Shown here: in pieces, positions 10,913-22,520 of the stretch
How the letters are laid out: the number at the start of each line of letters is the position of its first letter
Position numbering within the stretch: position 1 is the first letter of the stretch
Assembly: GCF_001194135.2 (NCBI RefSeq)
Contig: NC_069002.1
Location: 2,984,254 to 3,022,174, forward strand
Origin: Octopus bimaculoides
Lineage: Eukaryota
Reading direction: 5' to 3'
DNA: 37,921 nucleotides
Notes under the pieces: model-generated
Seen by the model: only the letters and a program-made list of their open reading frames with translations
The model's database searches: none
Told to the model about the DNA's origin: nothing
Program-made: the position numbers and the translations under genes

Positions 10913-11408
10913 NNNNNNNNNNNNNNNNNNNNNNNNNNNNNNNNNNNNNNNNNNNNNNNNNNNNNNNNNNNNNNNNNNNNNNNNNNNNNNNNNNNNNNNN
11001 NNNNNNNNNNNNNNNNNNNNNNNNNNNNNNNNNNNNNNNNNNNNNNNNNNNNNNNNNNNNNNNNNNNNNNNNNNNNNNNNNNNNNNNNNNNNNNNNNNNN
11101 NNNNNNNNNNNNNNNNNNNNNNNNNNNNNNNNNNNNNNNNNNNNNNNNNNNNNNNNNNNNNNNNNNNNNNNNNNNNNNNNNNNNNNNNNNNNNNNNNNNN
11201 NNNNNNNNNNNNNNNNNNNNNNNNNNNNNNNNNNNNNNNNNNNNNNNNNNNNNNNNNNNNNNNNNNNNNNNNNNNNNNNNNNNNNNNNNNNNNNNNNNNN
11301 NNNNNNNNNNNNNNNNNNNNNNNNNNNNNNNNNNNNNNNNNNNNNNNNNNNNNNNNNNNNNNNNNNNNNNNNNNNNNNNNNNNNNNNNNNNNNNNNNNNN
11401 NNNNNNNN

Positions 11409-11446
<38 letters not shown>

Positions 11447-12287
11447 CTGTGTGGTTGAGAAGCAGGCGTCTCGAGAGGTAAAAATCGTTTAATGTTCGCA
11501 GTATAAAGATGGGAGTTTCTACGAGTTTCTTGCAGTGAAGACTTTTGTCTAAGACGTCGTTGATAACGCACCGTGTGTCTCAAAGCAATCTCCAGACTCT
11601 GAACTATATGAACATCAGGACGTTCGTACATGAGAGATCATGAGAAAAACGAAAAAGTGAGAAAGGTTGATGCAAAAGTGAACGCCTGTGTAGAAGAATG
11701 AATAAAAAAAGAAAAGAAAAGAAAGGACCAGCGATCTTATTTTTAAATAGAAAAGACCATGTGACCAGAGCCAAGAGATCACACGCCTAAACAGGTGTCT
11801 TCAAACTATTAGTAGCTCTAATCTTTATATTGTGTACACTGAATGATGAATGAATGCTGAAGTGAGAGTGTCCAGCCACATTCCACATCCTGGTATTTTT
11901 TTCTCCGAGCCACATTTTGGATTTTTATTTCACCCGAAAAAAAAAAACATAATAACATAAAAAAAAGCACTTCGCCATTGTGTGTTATTATGTACTTCGC
12001 AGAGAGACTGTGAAAGGAAGTTTTGACGAAGACGTTCTCGACGGACGGCGACAGTCGAAGTGACCGCATCAAGTGATGAAATCATTTCATCTTTAAACTC
12101 TTGATTGGTACACCATACTTAGAGCGAGTTTGAAAATCGCTACAGACACACAGGAGGCGGTGGGGTTAGGTAAGGCGATACATTATGCATATAATCTTAT
12201 ATAAGTAAAAGATTAAACTTTAAACAGTTCTGTCTATGTTTGTCTCTTTTTTTTTTTACTTTTTTGTTTTAATGAGACGAATGAAAC

Positions 12288-12394
12288 CAGACGTTTCCCG
12301 TGAGCATCAATCAATTCTACTTCCCATTGCTGGAGGTCGCAAAATTGTCGGAAGATAACGTAGCGAAGCCGTTCCGATACCCAGTCGTCGACGT
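12288..12394 (-). CDS. Candidate exon (D)VDDWVSERLRYVIFRQFCDLQQWEVELIDAHGKRL, unknown product
   Basis: Open, compositionally complex, CpG-rich frame after cacttaattag; the donor CTG|gtttca is weak. No homology recognised. Confidence 0.25.
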
Positions 12395-12472
12395 CTAATT
12401 AAGTGAATGTCTCGTAGCTAAGGTTGTTTTTAAACCACCAAACATATTTACATATATACATACACACATACG

Positions 12473-12533
<61 letters not shown>

Positions 12534-12911
12534 GTATATACATAGATGTATATATATATATATATATATATACATACATAAATGTATATATATGTATGCA
12601 TATACACGTATGTATGTGTATATATACTACACACACACACACACACACATATATGTATATATATATACACACACATACAGAGACAGGTAGATAAATAGAG
12701 AAAGATAGATAGATGTTACACACACACACACAAGGAAATATATAAGCATACACACTCAGAAAGTAATTCATATGAGTGTGTATGTGTGTGTGTGTGTGAA
12801 AATATACAATATATACACATATTTATACAGGTATATGAAAAAATAGGCAAATAGATATACAAACAGGCTTAGTCACAAAAGTATACAAATACCTAGAGAC
12901 ACTAAAAGCAC

Positions 12912-12961
<50 letters not shown>

Positions 12962-13300
12962 TTCTGAGCTTTTTGTTTAATGACAACCCAATTGTGGTCT
13001 GACGCTTTCGCAAAATATTAGCTTTATTCTAAAGCATAATTAGTGTCAGAGGTGAAGAAAATAGTGAGGAACATCACTTGGGAAGATGACTGCTGCAAAA
13101 GTATATTCCCTCTTCTCTTTTATAAATATTCATGAAAGGAATAAAACCTGGATGTCAACGGACAATCCAACTGAATAGATTTGCCTGACAAGCAGTATTT
13201 CTTTGGATAATCTTTAACCGGAGTTGTGACAACTCAGGTCAATACAGATTAATAACTCCTGTTTAATTTATTAAGGATGCTTCAGCAGATAGACACAGGG

Positions 13301-13382
13301 ATGGTTGTGTGGTTAAGAAGGTCCCTTTACACCCGCTCGGTTTCGTGTTTGGTCCCACTGCGTGGCTCCCTTGGTAAGCGTC
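13301..13382 (+). mobile_element. Degraded SINE family A-like head
   Basis: TGGTTGTGTGGTTAAGAAG...GTTTGGTCCCACTGCGTGGC..CTTGGTAAG parallels the family A head and body. Confidence 0.55.
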
Positions 13383-13480
13383 TACACAAGGCATTTCTCA
13401 CGAGCAACACATGTCTTGTGAATGAATTTTACTGACGAAATCTGGATGGAAGCCCGCGTTTTTGTATCCCCCCACATATA

Positions 13481-13532
<52 letters not shown>

Positions 13533-14067
13533 CGTTTGCATCTAATTCTCATTAAATACTGGTTAAAAATTGAGAAAGAAAACAAAGTTTATATCTTCGT
13601 TAGCTAAAAGGAATGATACGACGGTAGGAGGAGGAGGAGGAGGAGGAGAAGGAGGAGGAAGCAAAGGAGGAAACAAAGAAGGTGAAGGAAGCGAAGAAGG
13701 AGACAAAGAAAAAAAGAAGGAAAAAGAAGGGAAAGAAGAATAACAAGAACAAGGACATGAACAAGGAAAAAGAAGTAGCAGCAGCAGCAGCAGTAGCAGC
13801 AGTAATAGTAGTAGTAGTAGAAACAGCATCAACAACAACAGCAGCACCAGCAGCAGGAGGCGATGGTGACGATGACGACGACTACTATGAAAGGAGAATA
13901 AGCCATGTTTCATACATAGGAAAGCTAGTTTTCTCTTCTGAGTCCATAGGTTTAAGGTTGGAGGTTTAACGTTATCCGGGTTGATATCCAGTTAAGTGCC
14001 CTGTCGCTCTCCTAAGTAGCCGTTTCAAAAATATCTTCGCTTCTCTTGATTGTTTGTGCTTTATATT

Positions 14068-14102
<35 letters not shown>

Positions 14103-14204
14103 TTATTATTATTCAAAGTAATTTCCCTGATGGTACTTTAGAAATTCGCATAGGGGTTTAAAAGTTGCTGCTTTGGACAACGCTGTGTGGTGGTGGTGGT
14201 GGTG

Positions 14205-14276
<72 letters not shown>

Positions 14277-14575
14277 AAAGTAGTGGTGCTAGTGGTAGTA
14301 GTTGTAGAAAAAGCAGAAGAATTAGGTTGAAGACAAAAGGATTAGTTGAAGAAGAGGAAGGAGGTGGTGGTGGTGGTGGAAATACGCCATCAGGGGTGAG
14401 GAAGCTGCAGTGGTTTTGGATTTGGAGGTAAGGATGCGGTGCAGTCGGGGTTGTATTGCAGAAGAGACGTTTCCTGTCATGCATTAACTGAATCGCTTTA
14501 GAAATGATCTTTTGCTGGACAACACCCACGAGAACAACAATAACAACAATAATGATAATAGTAATACACATACGT

Positions 14576-14770
14576 TATATGGATGGCCTCAAGCTATATA
14601 TAAAATGAGAAAGACCTGGATTCTTTGGTCCAAACAGTAAGAGTATTCAGCCAAGATACTGGGATGAGGTCTGGGGTAAATAAGTGCGCAGAGCTAATTA
14701 AGAAGAGATGCCGGAAGGTAAAGTGAGATGGCGTCAACTTACTTTGAAGACAACACCATTAGATCGCAGC
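14576..14770 (+). mobile_element. Non-LTR retrotransposon RT fragment, R4/Dong-like
   Basis: Translation YMDGLKLYIK, then after a frameshift NEKDLDSLVQTVRVFSQDTGMRSGVNKCAELIKKR, then DGVNL and EDNTIRS. This fits the YMDDLKLY..NE.EL.SL..TV..FS.DIGM.FG..KC pattern of R4-clade RTs. Confidence 0.8.
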
Positions 14771-14851
14771 ATTTGAGGTCAGAACTGGAGCAAATAACGC
14801 AAGGCGTCTTGTAACGATTCTGTAAACCCACAGTGTCTACAATACTAATTA

Positions 14852-15069
14852 TTTCAAACTTTAGTATAAGACCAGCAATTTTAGCGGGTGGAGCAGTCGA
14901 TTTCATCGAATCCAGTACGTGATTGGAGCTTACTTCATCGACCCCAGAAAAATGAAGACAAGCTAGACCCTCGGCGCATTTCGAATTCAGAACGTGAGGA
15001 AGCGAGGAAAAAAAAAGCAAATGCTGCTAACCATTTTGCTCGACATTCTAAGGGTTCTGCCAGCTCGCT
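14852..15069 (-). mobile_element. SINE family C, near full length
   Basis: Reverse complement carries the head AGCGAGCTGGCAGAA, the B-box-like GTTCTGAATTCGAAAT, the core GGGGTCGATGAAGTAAG and the tail TGCTGGTCTT...AAAGTTTGAAA. Confidence 0.8.
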
Positions 15070-15081
15070 ACATTTATGTTT

Positions 15082-15292
15082 TTAAATTTTCGCACAGTGT
15101 CAGTTGTTATAGCGAAGAGGCGTAATCCGTTACATCAACTCCAAAAATTTGAGCGGTGCTTTATGTCATCGCCCTCCACATGAGGAGCAGACACAAGTCA
15201 ACATAAGCGTTATTGAACCCAGAACCTTAAAGAGCCAATGTGTGCTGCAAGGTTGCTTTCCAACACCAACAACTCTCACAACCCACCGCCTT
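15082..15292 (-). mobile_element. Older degraded SINE family C copy, in tandem with the previous one
   Basis: Reverse complement begins AAGGCGGTGGG, contains GTTCTGGGTTCAATA and ends TGTGCGAAAATTTAAA. Confidence 0.5.
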
Positions 15293-16196
15293 TTATAATA
15301 GTAAAAATAACGATAAAGAAGTAACGATAACGAGTGGGATTGACCATACAGCATACTACGTTACACCCGAGGCTTATTTTAACTTTTTCTCTGCTTTATC
15401 TGCTCTATTTAATAGCTTATTGCTTCAAACAAAATTCTGTTTCTCTCATCGTTGTAATTGGTTAAAAATAAAAGAAAAACAAAAAGCTCTTGCTAGCTAC
15501 TTTATAATTAAATTTCTGTGTGTTAAACAAATCCTACACAGGATTTTTTTTTTTCACTTTCTTCTTATTTTTCTCGTCTTTTTCTTTCTTTCCTTATTTT
15601 TACTTTGATTCTCTTCATTGTTGTGTGTTGTTTCTGTTTCTTCTTTGACATTTAATTTTTTTTTTGTTCTTTTTTGCAAGGGGGTACTTTTGTTTATGAG
15701 TGATTTTTTTTTTTTTAGAAATCTTTTTGATAATTTTTTTGTCCGTTTGTTGCTTTTCTAAACTGTTCTCGAATATTCTTTTGTCATTATTTTTGTTATT
15801 ATTATCACTGTTCATTTATTTAATTATTGTTGTTGTTGTTGTTGTTGTTATCGTTGTTTTCTTTGATTATTTTCTGTTTCGATGTTCGTTCTGACTTTGA
15901 ATTTCGCTTTGGTTTCGTTTGGTTTAACTTTCTATCCATTAACTCTGGATTAACTTGTTTCTTTAATTTAATTTGTGGGTGTGTGTATGTGCAGCTCTGT
16001 GCGTATATATGCGGGTGAGTTCGTATGTGTCTGTGCATGTGTGCGTGCGCACATGTATGTGTGGGTACATGTGTGGGTGCGTGTTGATTTGTTTGTTTAC
16101 TGATGTTGTTTTCTTGCTTTTTCTGATCTTTGTATAGTTTTCGGACTTAGCTGTTGATTATATCGTTTTTATCATTGCTTTTACTACTACTACTAC

Positions 16197-16255
<59 letters not shown>

Positions 16256-16256
16256 A

Positions 16257-16473
16257 GGCGGCGGAGCGGACAGAACAGTTAGCATGCCGGGCAGCAGTTA
16301 GCATGCAGGAATTTCGTCCGCCTTTCCGTTCTGAGCTCAAATTCTGCCAAGGTCACCTTTACTTTTCTTCTTTTCGGGGTCTATAAACGACGTACCGGTC
16401 AGGTACTGTGGTCGATACGATAAACTTAGCCCTCTTCTCAAAAGCTGATAGCCAAGTGCCAAAACTTCAAACC
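16257..16473 (+). mobile_element. SINE family C copy directly after a (TAG)n run
   Basis: Head GGCGGCGGAGCGGACAGAA, GTTCTGAGCTCAAATTCTGCCAAGGTC, core TTTCGGGGTCTATAAA..GTACCGG and tail GTGCCAAAACTTCAAACC. It has an internal CAGTTAGCATGC duplication. Confidence 0.8.
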
Positions 16474-17087
16474 GTTATCGTCCGTAGTAGTCCGAATTGT
16501 AGGGTGGCCGGCTTGAAAAATCGTTAGCACCGAGGACAACGCTGTGTTGTTGTTGTTGTCGTTGCTTCTGCTGATGCTGCTAAATTTAGCAGTTTGGCTG
16601 TTCTATTCTGCAGATAACTGGCTGTTCTTTCCAGCAGAGGAAGTATCTTCTGTCACCTTTCTTTTTTTTTAAGCATGTTTCCTAAACAAACCCTAATTTA
16701 ACCTCTAAGGGCTGCAGATGGAGAAAGACAAACCTCCTTTCAAAGGACCTGGTTACTTTATCTATATAACGACAACAAATGTTCAATATATTATTTTGAG
16801 TAACAATATAAATGACAGCAAACTTATGGAGGTGATGTGCAATACGTGTCGATAAACGAACAACAACGACGACAACAACAACAGCAACCACAATGACAAT
16901 CATAAGAATATTGATACTTCTTACTACTTTCACTGGGTTTGTCAGAAACTTACAGTTACAGACTTACATACGTCACCACATAAATGCGCACACTTATCCA
17001 CATACACACACTTATCCACATACACACACGTATATATTGACGATTTTATAATCGTCAACAACAGAAAACATAAAGCAAGCAAAGCAT

Positions 17088-17169
<82 letters not shown>

Positions 17170-17188
17170 AATAAAATAACAGGCAGAT

Positions 17189-17227
<39 letters not shown>

Positions 17228-17478
17228 GAGAGAGAGATATGTATGTATATAAATGTATATATATTTGTATGCTTTTATATGTGTGTGCGTGTCTCTGAAT
17301 GTATATATATGAATATATAAATGTATGTATGCACGTATATATGCATGTATGTGAGTCTTTATAAATATGGAAAGCACGCATTGAATAGAGGCGGTGTCTT
17401 GTGGTGTGACAGACAAATAGCTGTTGTTTTGTATCGTTTTATATTCAGCCTCAAGTATACTGTATTGTGTCTTCTCAG

Positions 17479-17550
17479 ACGAACATAACAATTATTGAGT
17501 CTCGCCCGTTTAACTGTAAATATTCGTTCTATTCAAATGCACAGCTAAAG
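17479..17550 (+). CDS. Candidate internal exon (TNITIIESRPFNCKYSFYSNAQLK), unknown product
   Basis: Acceptor tgtattgtgtcttctcag and donor AAG|gttaga; 72 nt; only the phase 0-0 frame is open. Confidence 0.3.
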
Positions 17551-17962
17551 GTTAGATAACCTGCCTGATAATTTCAGAGCTTCCAGTTTGTATTTTGAAA
17601 TATATACATATATTTTTTTTCTTTTACTTTTACTTTTAAAACGATATCACAGACTTTATGTTTGAGTCAAGAATAGATCTGAATATGAAAATTAAAAAAA
17701 AAATAGGGAAAACTTCTGGACGAATGGTTTAGAAATCAATTTAATAATAAATGTATTTAGAGGTCTAGCTTGGTTTAGAGTTTCCATTGACAGACAGCAT
17801 CTTGTTTGGAGAAAACAATTGAAGCTTCCACGAAACTGCTACGTCTATTAGAAGAAGCATTCCACTTTCTCTCAAACCACGTGACAACTTGTCTTATAAA
17901 TCGAAAGACATATAACTGTTAATAATAACCGATATGAATGTTGGTTGGTTCTTTCAATTTTT

Positions 17963-18100
17963 AAAAATATCTTTTACTTGTTTCAGTCATTAGACAACGG
18001 CCATGCTGGGGCACCACCTTGACCCCCCCCCCCCATATTTATTTTGTATTCTTTCGAACTTATTTATTCTATCGGTTCTTGTGCCGGATCGGCAATTTAT
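17963..18100 (-). mobile_element. 3' part of a further SINE family (family D)
   Basis: Plus strand CTTTTACTTGTTTCAGTCAT..GAC..CGGCCATGCTGGGGCACCACCTT...TTATTCTATCGGT..TTGCCG is a sequence I recognise from memory as a common octopus SINE. On the minus strand the tail reads TGACTGAAACAAGTAAAAG. Confidence 0.65.
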
Positions 18101-18519
18101 TTTCTTATGATGATGATGATGACGATGACGATGATGATAACGACGATGATGAAGAAGGAGGAGGAGAAGAAGATGATGATGATGAAAACGGAGGAGGAAG
18201 AGGAGAAGCAGAAGAAGAAGCAGAAGAGGGAACAACAACATCAACAACAGCAGCAAGAGTAAATATAATCTCGTGCTTAATAGCATCAATAACGAAGAGA
18301 ACAACAATGAAATTAACATGAACAAGATGATTACACGTGACAATTAAAGTGAAAGTAAATTGGCAGCTATTAACACTAATGGTTAGAGTGAAATAAAACA
18401 CAGACGCACACAAGAAGTAGATTCGCCGAAAATCTTGCGAACGATACGAAATTCAAAACTATTCAGAATAAAGAAAGAAAAGAAAAAGAAATTCAGAAAT
18501 TAATAGAAAGAGAAGCAGT

Positions 18520-19150
18520 TATGCGTTGGATGATAAAGATGACGAGGAGGAGTCTGCGAGGAAGGGAGGAAGAGGTGGAGGAGTGGGAAGAGGAGAAAGA
18601 TGGGGAGAAGGAGAAAGATGGGTAGAAGGAGAAAGATGGGGAGAAGGAGAACAAGGTGGGTGCTGTTGTTGTTGTTGTTGTGACGGTGGTGTGGTGGTGA
18701 CAGTGGTGTGGTGGTGACGGTGGTGTGGTGGTGACGATGACAACGACGACGACGATGGTGATGATGATGACGATGATTATAATGAAGATGAAGGTAATGC
18801 TGGGGGTGTTGGTGGCGGTGATGGCGACGACGACGACGACGAGGTTGATGATGATGATAATTACGACAACGACGACGATGACGATGATGATTATGATGAT
18901 GATGATGGTGGTGGTGGTGGTGGTTTTGGTGTGAATGCGGGTGGTATTGGTGGTTGTGGTCGAGGTGTTGATGTTGATGATAATTACGACATCGACGACG
19001 ATGATGATGATGGTGGTGGTGATGGTGGTAATGTGGGTGGTGTAGGTGGTAGTGATGACGACGACTTTGATGATGATGTCGATGATGGCGATACCGTGAT
19101 GGTTGTAGTTGAAGTGGAAATTGGTGGCCGTGATGGTGATAGTGGAGGTG
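18520..19150. repeat. Long G-rich low-complexity trinucleotide mosaic (GAT/GAC/GGT/TGT), including an 18-bp unit GGAGAAAGATGGGGAGAA about 3 times near 18593-18648
   Basis: Direct reading. Confidence 0.9.
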
Positions 19151-19394
19151 CTTTATTCTGCAAAGCTGATAAATTAGAAACCATAGTACAACGAAAGAGT
19201 CTCTATCAATGCATTTGTACGCTCTTAAGAAATTAAAACCGTTGTTAAAGAAATTAAAAGCTATGAGTTAATTGAGAAGATAGTCGAGCGCCATTAGCGA
19301 AAGATGTTAGTTTTACGAATAGCAATTTCACTGCAAAATCAAATAGATGACAACGAATGCATTATAGAGTGTCTTTGTGAAATTTCTTGTGCTT

Positions 19395-19485
19395 TGCCTT
19401 TGACGTTAACTTTCTTCCTTCTGGAGAGATCGATAAAATAAGTATCAGACAAAGTAATCGATATAATCGATCTAAAATCCACCCA
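19395..19485 (+). mobile_element. Degraded SINE family C core fragment
   Basis: AACTTTCTTCCTTCTGGAGAGATCGATAAAATAAGTATCAG...ATCGATATAATCGATC matches the core. Confidence 0.65.
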
Positions 19486-19690
19486 AACGAGTTAACCGGA
19501 GAAGCATTTAGGCAGTCGCTCGACTGATCTGCTAGAAACGAAAGCGAAGAATCCTTCCAATCACGTCTGACCATTGAAATAAAACAAAGACGACATTTAT
19601 TCAATTACTGTTAAATTTACTGTCTGTTCTAAACAAAAGACAAAATTTACGGAATGGTCACGGATGGATCTTCTAAATCTCCACTCTCAC

Positions 19691-19784
19691 CTGCTTTTCC
19701 AGTTGGAACTTGAAAAGTTGATGGGAACTTGTCCGCCACAAGACCTCTTTCAGCACGGGTTAAATAAAGGCTGCCTGTCCTTCC
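19691..19784 (-). CDS. Candidate exon (GRTGSLYLTRAERGLVADKFPSTFQVPTGKA), unknown product
   Basis: Acceptor ccatctttctttgacag and donor CAG|gtgaga; 94 nt; only one frame is open. It competes with a plus-strand candidate at 19703-19831. Confidence 0.3.
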
Positions 19785-19835
19785 CTGTCAAAGAAAGATG
19801 GCGGGATGATCTTGAAAATAGTCTAAACTGATAAC

Positions 19836-19975
19836 TGGTTTCAAATTTTGAGGGTCATCAAATCGACTCCCAAATGAATGAAAGACAAGGTCGATTTCGG
19901 TGGAATTCGAACTCAAAATTTAAACATTCCGAAGAAATATCACAAAGCACTGTAAATATTTTTAGCAGGCTGCTT
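19836..19975 (-). mobile_element. Internally deleted, degraded SINE family C copy
   Basis: Plus strand GGTTTCAAATTTTG...TCGACTCCCAAA.GAATGAAAGACAAGGTCGATTTCGGTGGAATTCGAACTC is the reverse complement of the tail, core and B-box. Confidence 0.65.
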
Positions 19976-19993
19976 TGATAATAATTATGATGA

Positions 19994-20205
19994 TTTCAAG
20001 TTTTGGCGCAAGGCCAGCAACTTTAGTGGAGGAGGTGGTAAGTCAATTCCATCGATCCCCCGCACTCTACTGGTATTTATTTCAGTGAACCCGAAAGGAT
20101 GAAAGGCAAAGTCGACCTCGACAGAATTTGAACTCAGAACATAAAGACGAACGAAATGCCGCTAATCATTTTGTCCGGCGAGGTAACGATTCTGCCAGTT
20201 CACCG

Positions 20206-20206
<1 letters not shown>
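19994..20206 (-). mobile_element. SINE family C, full length
   Basis: Reverse complement: GCGGTGAACTGGCAGAATCGTT..GCCGGACAAAATG...GTTCTGAGTTCAAATTCTGTCGAGGTCGACTTTGCCTTTCATCCTTTCGGG...ATACCAG...TTGCTGGCCTTGCGCCAAAACTTGAAA. The 5' flank is (TTA)n. Confidence 0.9.
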
Positions 20207-20276
<70 letters not shown>

Positions 20277-20379
20277 GACATCCCGTCGAAGACGACGTGT
20301 GAGTGTCCAGCTTTTGCCGCAAGACCTGTACAAATGATATTTTTATAGGGATCAAATGTATATGAGTATGTTTGCTCAC

Positions 20380-20565
20380 TCCTCGCCATCAAATCGTTGT
20401 TTGAACAGGTGCCCCGTGTGTCACGTGTCAGGTGTGGAAGTGATTAAATCGGAGCTACGTGAGGTGAAGAGTTTTGCTCAAGAACACAATGCACCACGAT
20501 GTCTGGGAATTGAAACCAGGATCACGTTATCGTGAATACAACACATTCACCATTTAAGTCCATGC
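20380..20565 (-). mobile_element. tRNA-derived SINE, family B
   Basis: Reverse complement has the A-box-like GGACTTAAATGGTG, the B-box-like GGTTTCAATTCCC and the body TGTGTTCTTGAGCAAAAC.CTTCAC.TCACGT.GCTCC. Confidence 0.7.
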
Positions 20566-20922
20566 TGTGAATGTGTTGCAAAAATGCGAAGAAGAAGAAG
20601 ATGATGATGATGACAATGATGATGAAAAACAAGGAGGAGGAGGAGGAGGAGAAGAAGAGGACCAGAAATAGCATTGCTAGTTCGGACATTAGCCCCTGAA
20701 GTGGGGAAGTCATGAGATGCGAAACATTAATCATTTCGCTGACATTAGATCCAAAGTGAAAATGGAAAAATATCAGACTCTACTTAGCACAATGCATTGA
20801 AATGATTCTAAAAGATCTTGTCTTCGTAGACTTTTAATTGAGAGCCTCAAATGCACGTACGTCCAAAGATACCTACGTGTAAATATTCGTACATTCATAT
20901 ACATATATATCTTTATACATAC

Positions 20923-20968
<46 letters not shown>

Positions 20969-22224
20969 AGAGAGGGGGAGGAGGGAGAGAGAGGTAGGTT
21001 ATAACTATATGTGTAATCTGTTTTGCAAGGTATTTTCTTCTATTATAAAACAGATAATGTCTCTGAAAAACGTGTAAGTATTGAATAAACGTAATACTTT
21101 ATCTCTGTACTTCGTTTCTATACATACGCAGACATACACACATACACACAAGTATATATTTGTGTATATATAGATATATATCTTTACATAAATATATGCA
21201 TATATATACGTTTGTGCATGTGTGTATACATGTATATATATATATATGCATATATATGTATATATAAAGATATATATANNNNNNNNNNNNNNNNNNNNNN
21301 NNNNNNNNNNNNNNNNNNNNNNNNNNNNNNNNNNNNNNNNNNNNNNNNNNNNNNNNNNNNNNNNNNNNNNNNNNNNNNNNNNNNNNNNNNNNNNNNNNNN
21401 NNNNNNNNNNNNNNNNNNNNNNNNNNNNNNNNNNNNNNNNNNNNNNNNNNNNNNNNNNNNNNNNNNNNNNNNNNNNNNNNNNNNNNNNNNNNNNNNNNNN
21501 NNNNNNNNNNNNNNNNNNNNNNNNNNNNNNNNNNNNNNNNNNNNNNNNNNNNNNNNNNNNNNNNNNNNNNNNNNNNNNNNNNNNNNNNNNNNNNNNNNNN
21601 NNNNNNNNNNNNNNNNNNNNNNNNNNNNNNNNNNNNNNNNNNNNNNNNNNNNNNNNNNNNNNNNNNNNNNNNNNNNNNATCTTATATATATATATATCAT
21701 TATATTATATTATATTATTTTATACTTCATGTATTTTTATATGTTATGTATCATATGTACGGCTGTATGTATATATATGCATAAGCAGTCTTATGCTGAA
21801 TAGAATAATAAATACAATGATCATATTGAATATTTCGAAGAACATTGCCAAAGTCCTTTATCGACATCAATGTAATAAGTAGCCGTATACCTGTTATATA
21901 TTTGATTTTGAACTCAATGCTGTAATACCGTAAGCTATAAAATTATTATACAATAGTTCTCATTGAGTCTTTACGTTTCTTCAAGATAACCGCTAACTGT
22001 GTCTTGAGGCTGGCATCTATATCATTATATAAAATAGCTGCGTGTGAACGAGTGTCCTTAATGTGGCTGGGATGCGCCGGTGTGTTTGGTATAGCAAGAA
22101 TTGGAAGTTTCCCGTTCAATTCTCACTTCTATAAGCTGAGTTTTTGTTTAGTTTTTTGTTTGTTTTGCAAATCGGATTTGTGCCTATGTTCAAATGTAGA
22201 ATATTATCGAAATAACATTCGAAA

Positions 22225-22271
<47 letters not shown>

Positions 22272-22282
22272 TGTGTGCACGT

Positions 22283-22520
22283 GTAGATGTGTGGTAGGAA
22301 GCTTGCTTCTCAACCACATGGTTCTGGGTTCAGTCCCACAGCGTGGAATCTTGGGCAAGTGTATTCTACTATAGCCTCGGGCCGACCAAGACCCTTACCC
22401 TTTCATCCTCCTTTCGGGGTCGATGAAATAAGTACCAGTGAAGGACTGGGGTCGGTGTAATCGACTAGCACCCCACCTCCCTCCATATTTCAGGCCTTGT
22501 GCTTACAGCAGAAAGCATTA
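22283..22520 (+). mobile_element. Chimeric SINE: family A head and body joined to family C core and tail
   Basis: 22283-22390 matches family A (AAGCTTGCTTCTCAACCACATGGTTCTGGGTTCAGTCCC...CTATAGCCTCGGGCCGACCAA). From about 22399 it matches family C (CCTTTCATCC..CTTTCGGGGTCGATGAAATAAGTACCAG...CTGGGGTCGGTGTAATCGACT...GGCCTTGTGC). Confidence 0.8.

Noticed and set aside
12002-12062. Neuropeptide-like join (KR...GRR) of 5624-5730 with ETVKGSFDEDVLDGRRQSK*
   Set aside because: No signal peptide or repeated peptide units; dibasic sites arise easily by chance.
17818-17850. TTGAAGCTTCCACGAAAC as a hammerhead core
   Set aside because: The A9 position is not conserved and there is no cleavage triplet or stem I.
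17977-18012. Very strong acceptor cttttacttgtttcag followed by SLDNGHAGAPP*
   Set aside because: The sequence is the reverse-complemented tail of SINE family D.
403-20734. Poly-L/I/V/S/T/D/G ORFs (e.g. 453-650, 7393-7932, 13563-13969, 14158-14571, 18019-19236)
   Set aside because: They are translations of trinucleotide microsatellites open in several frames and on both strands, with no splice or domain support.
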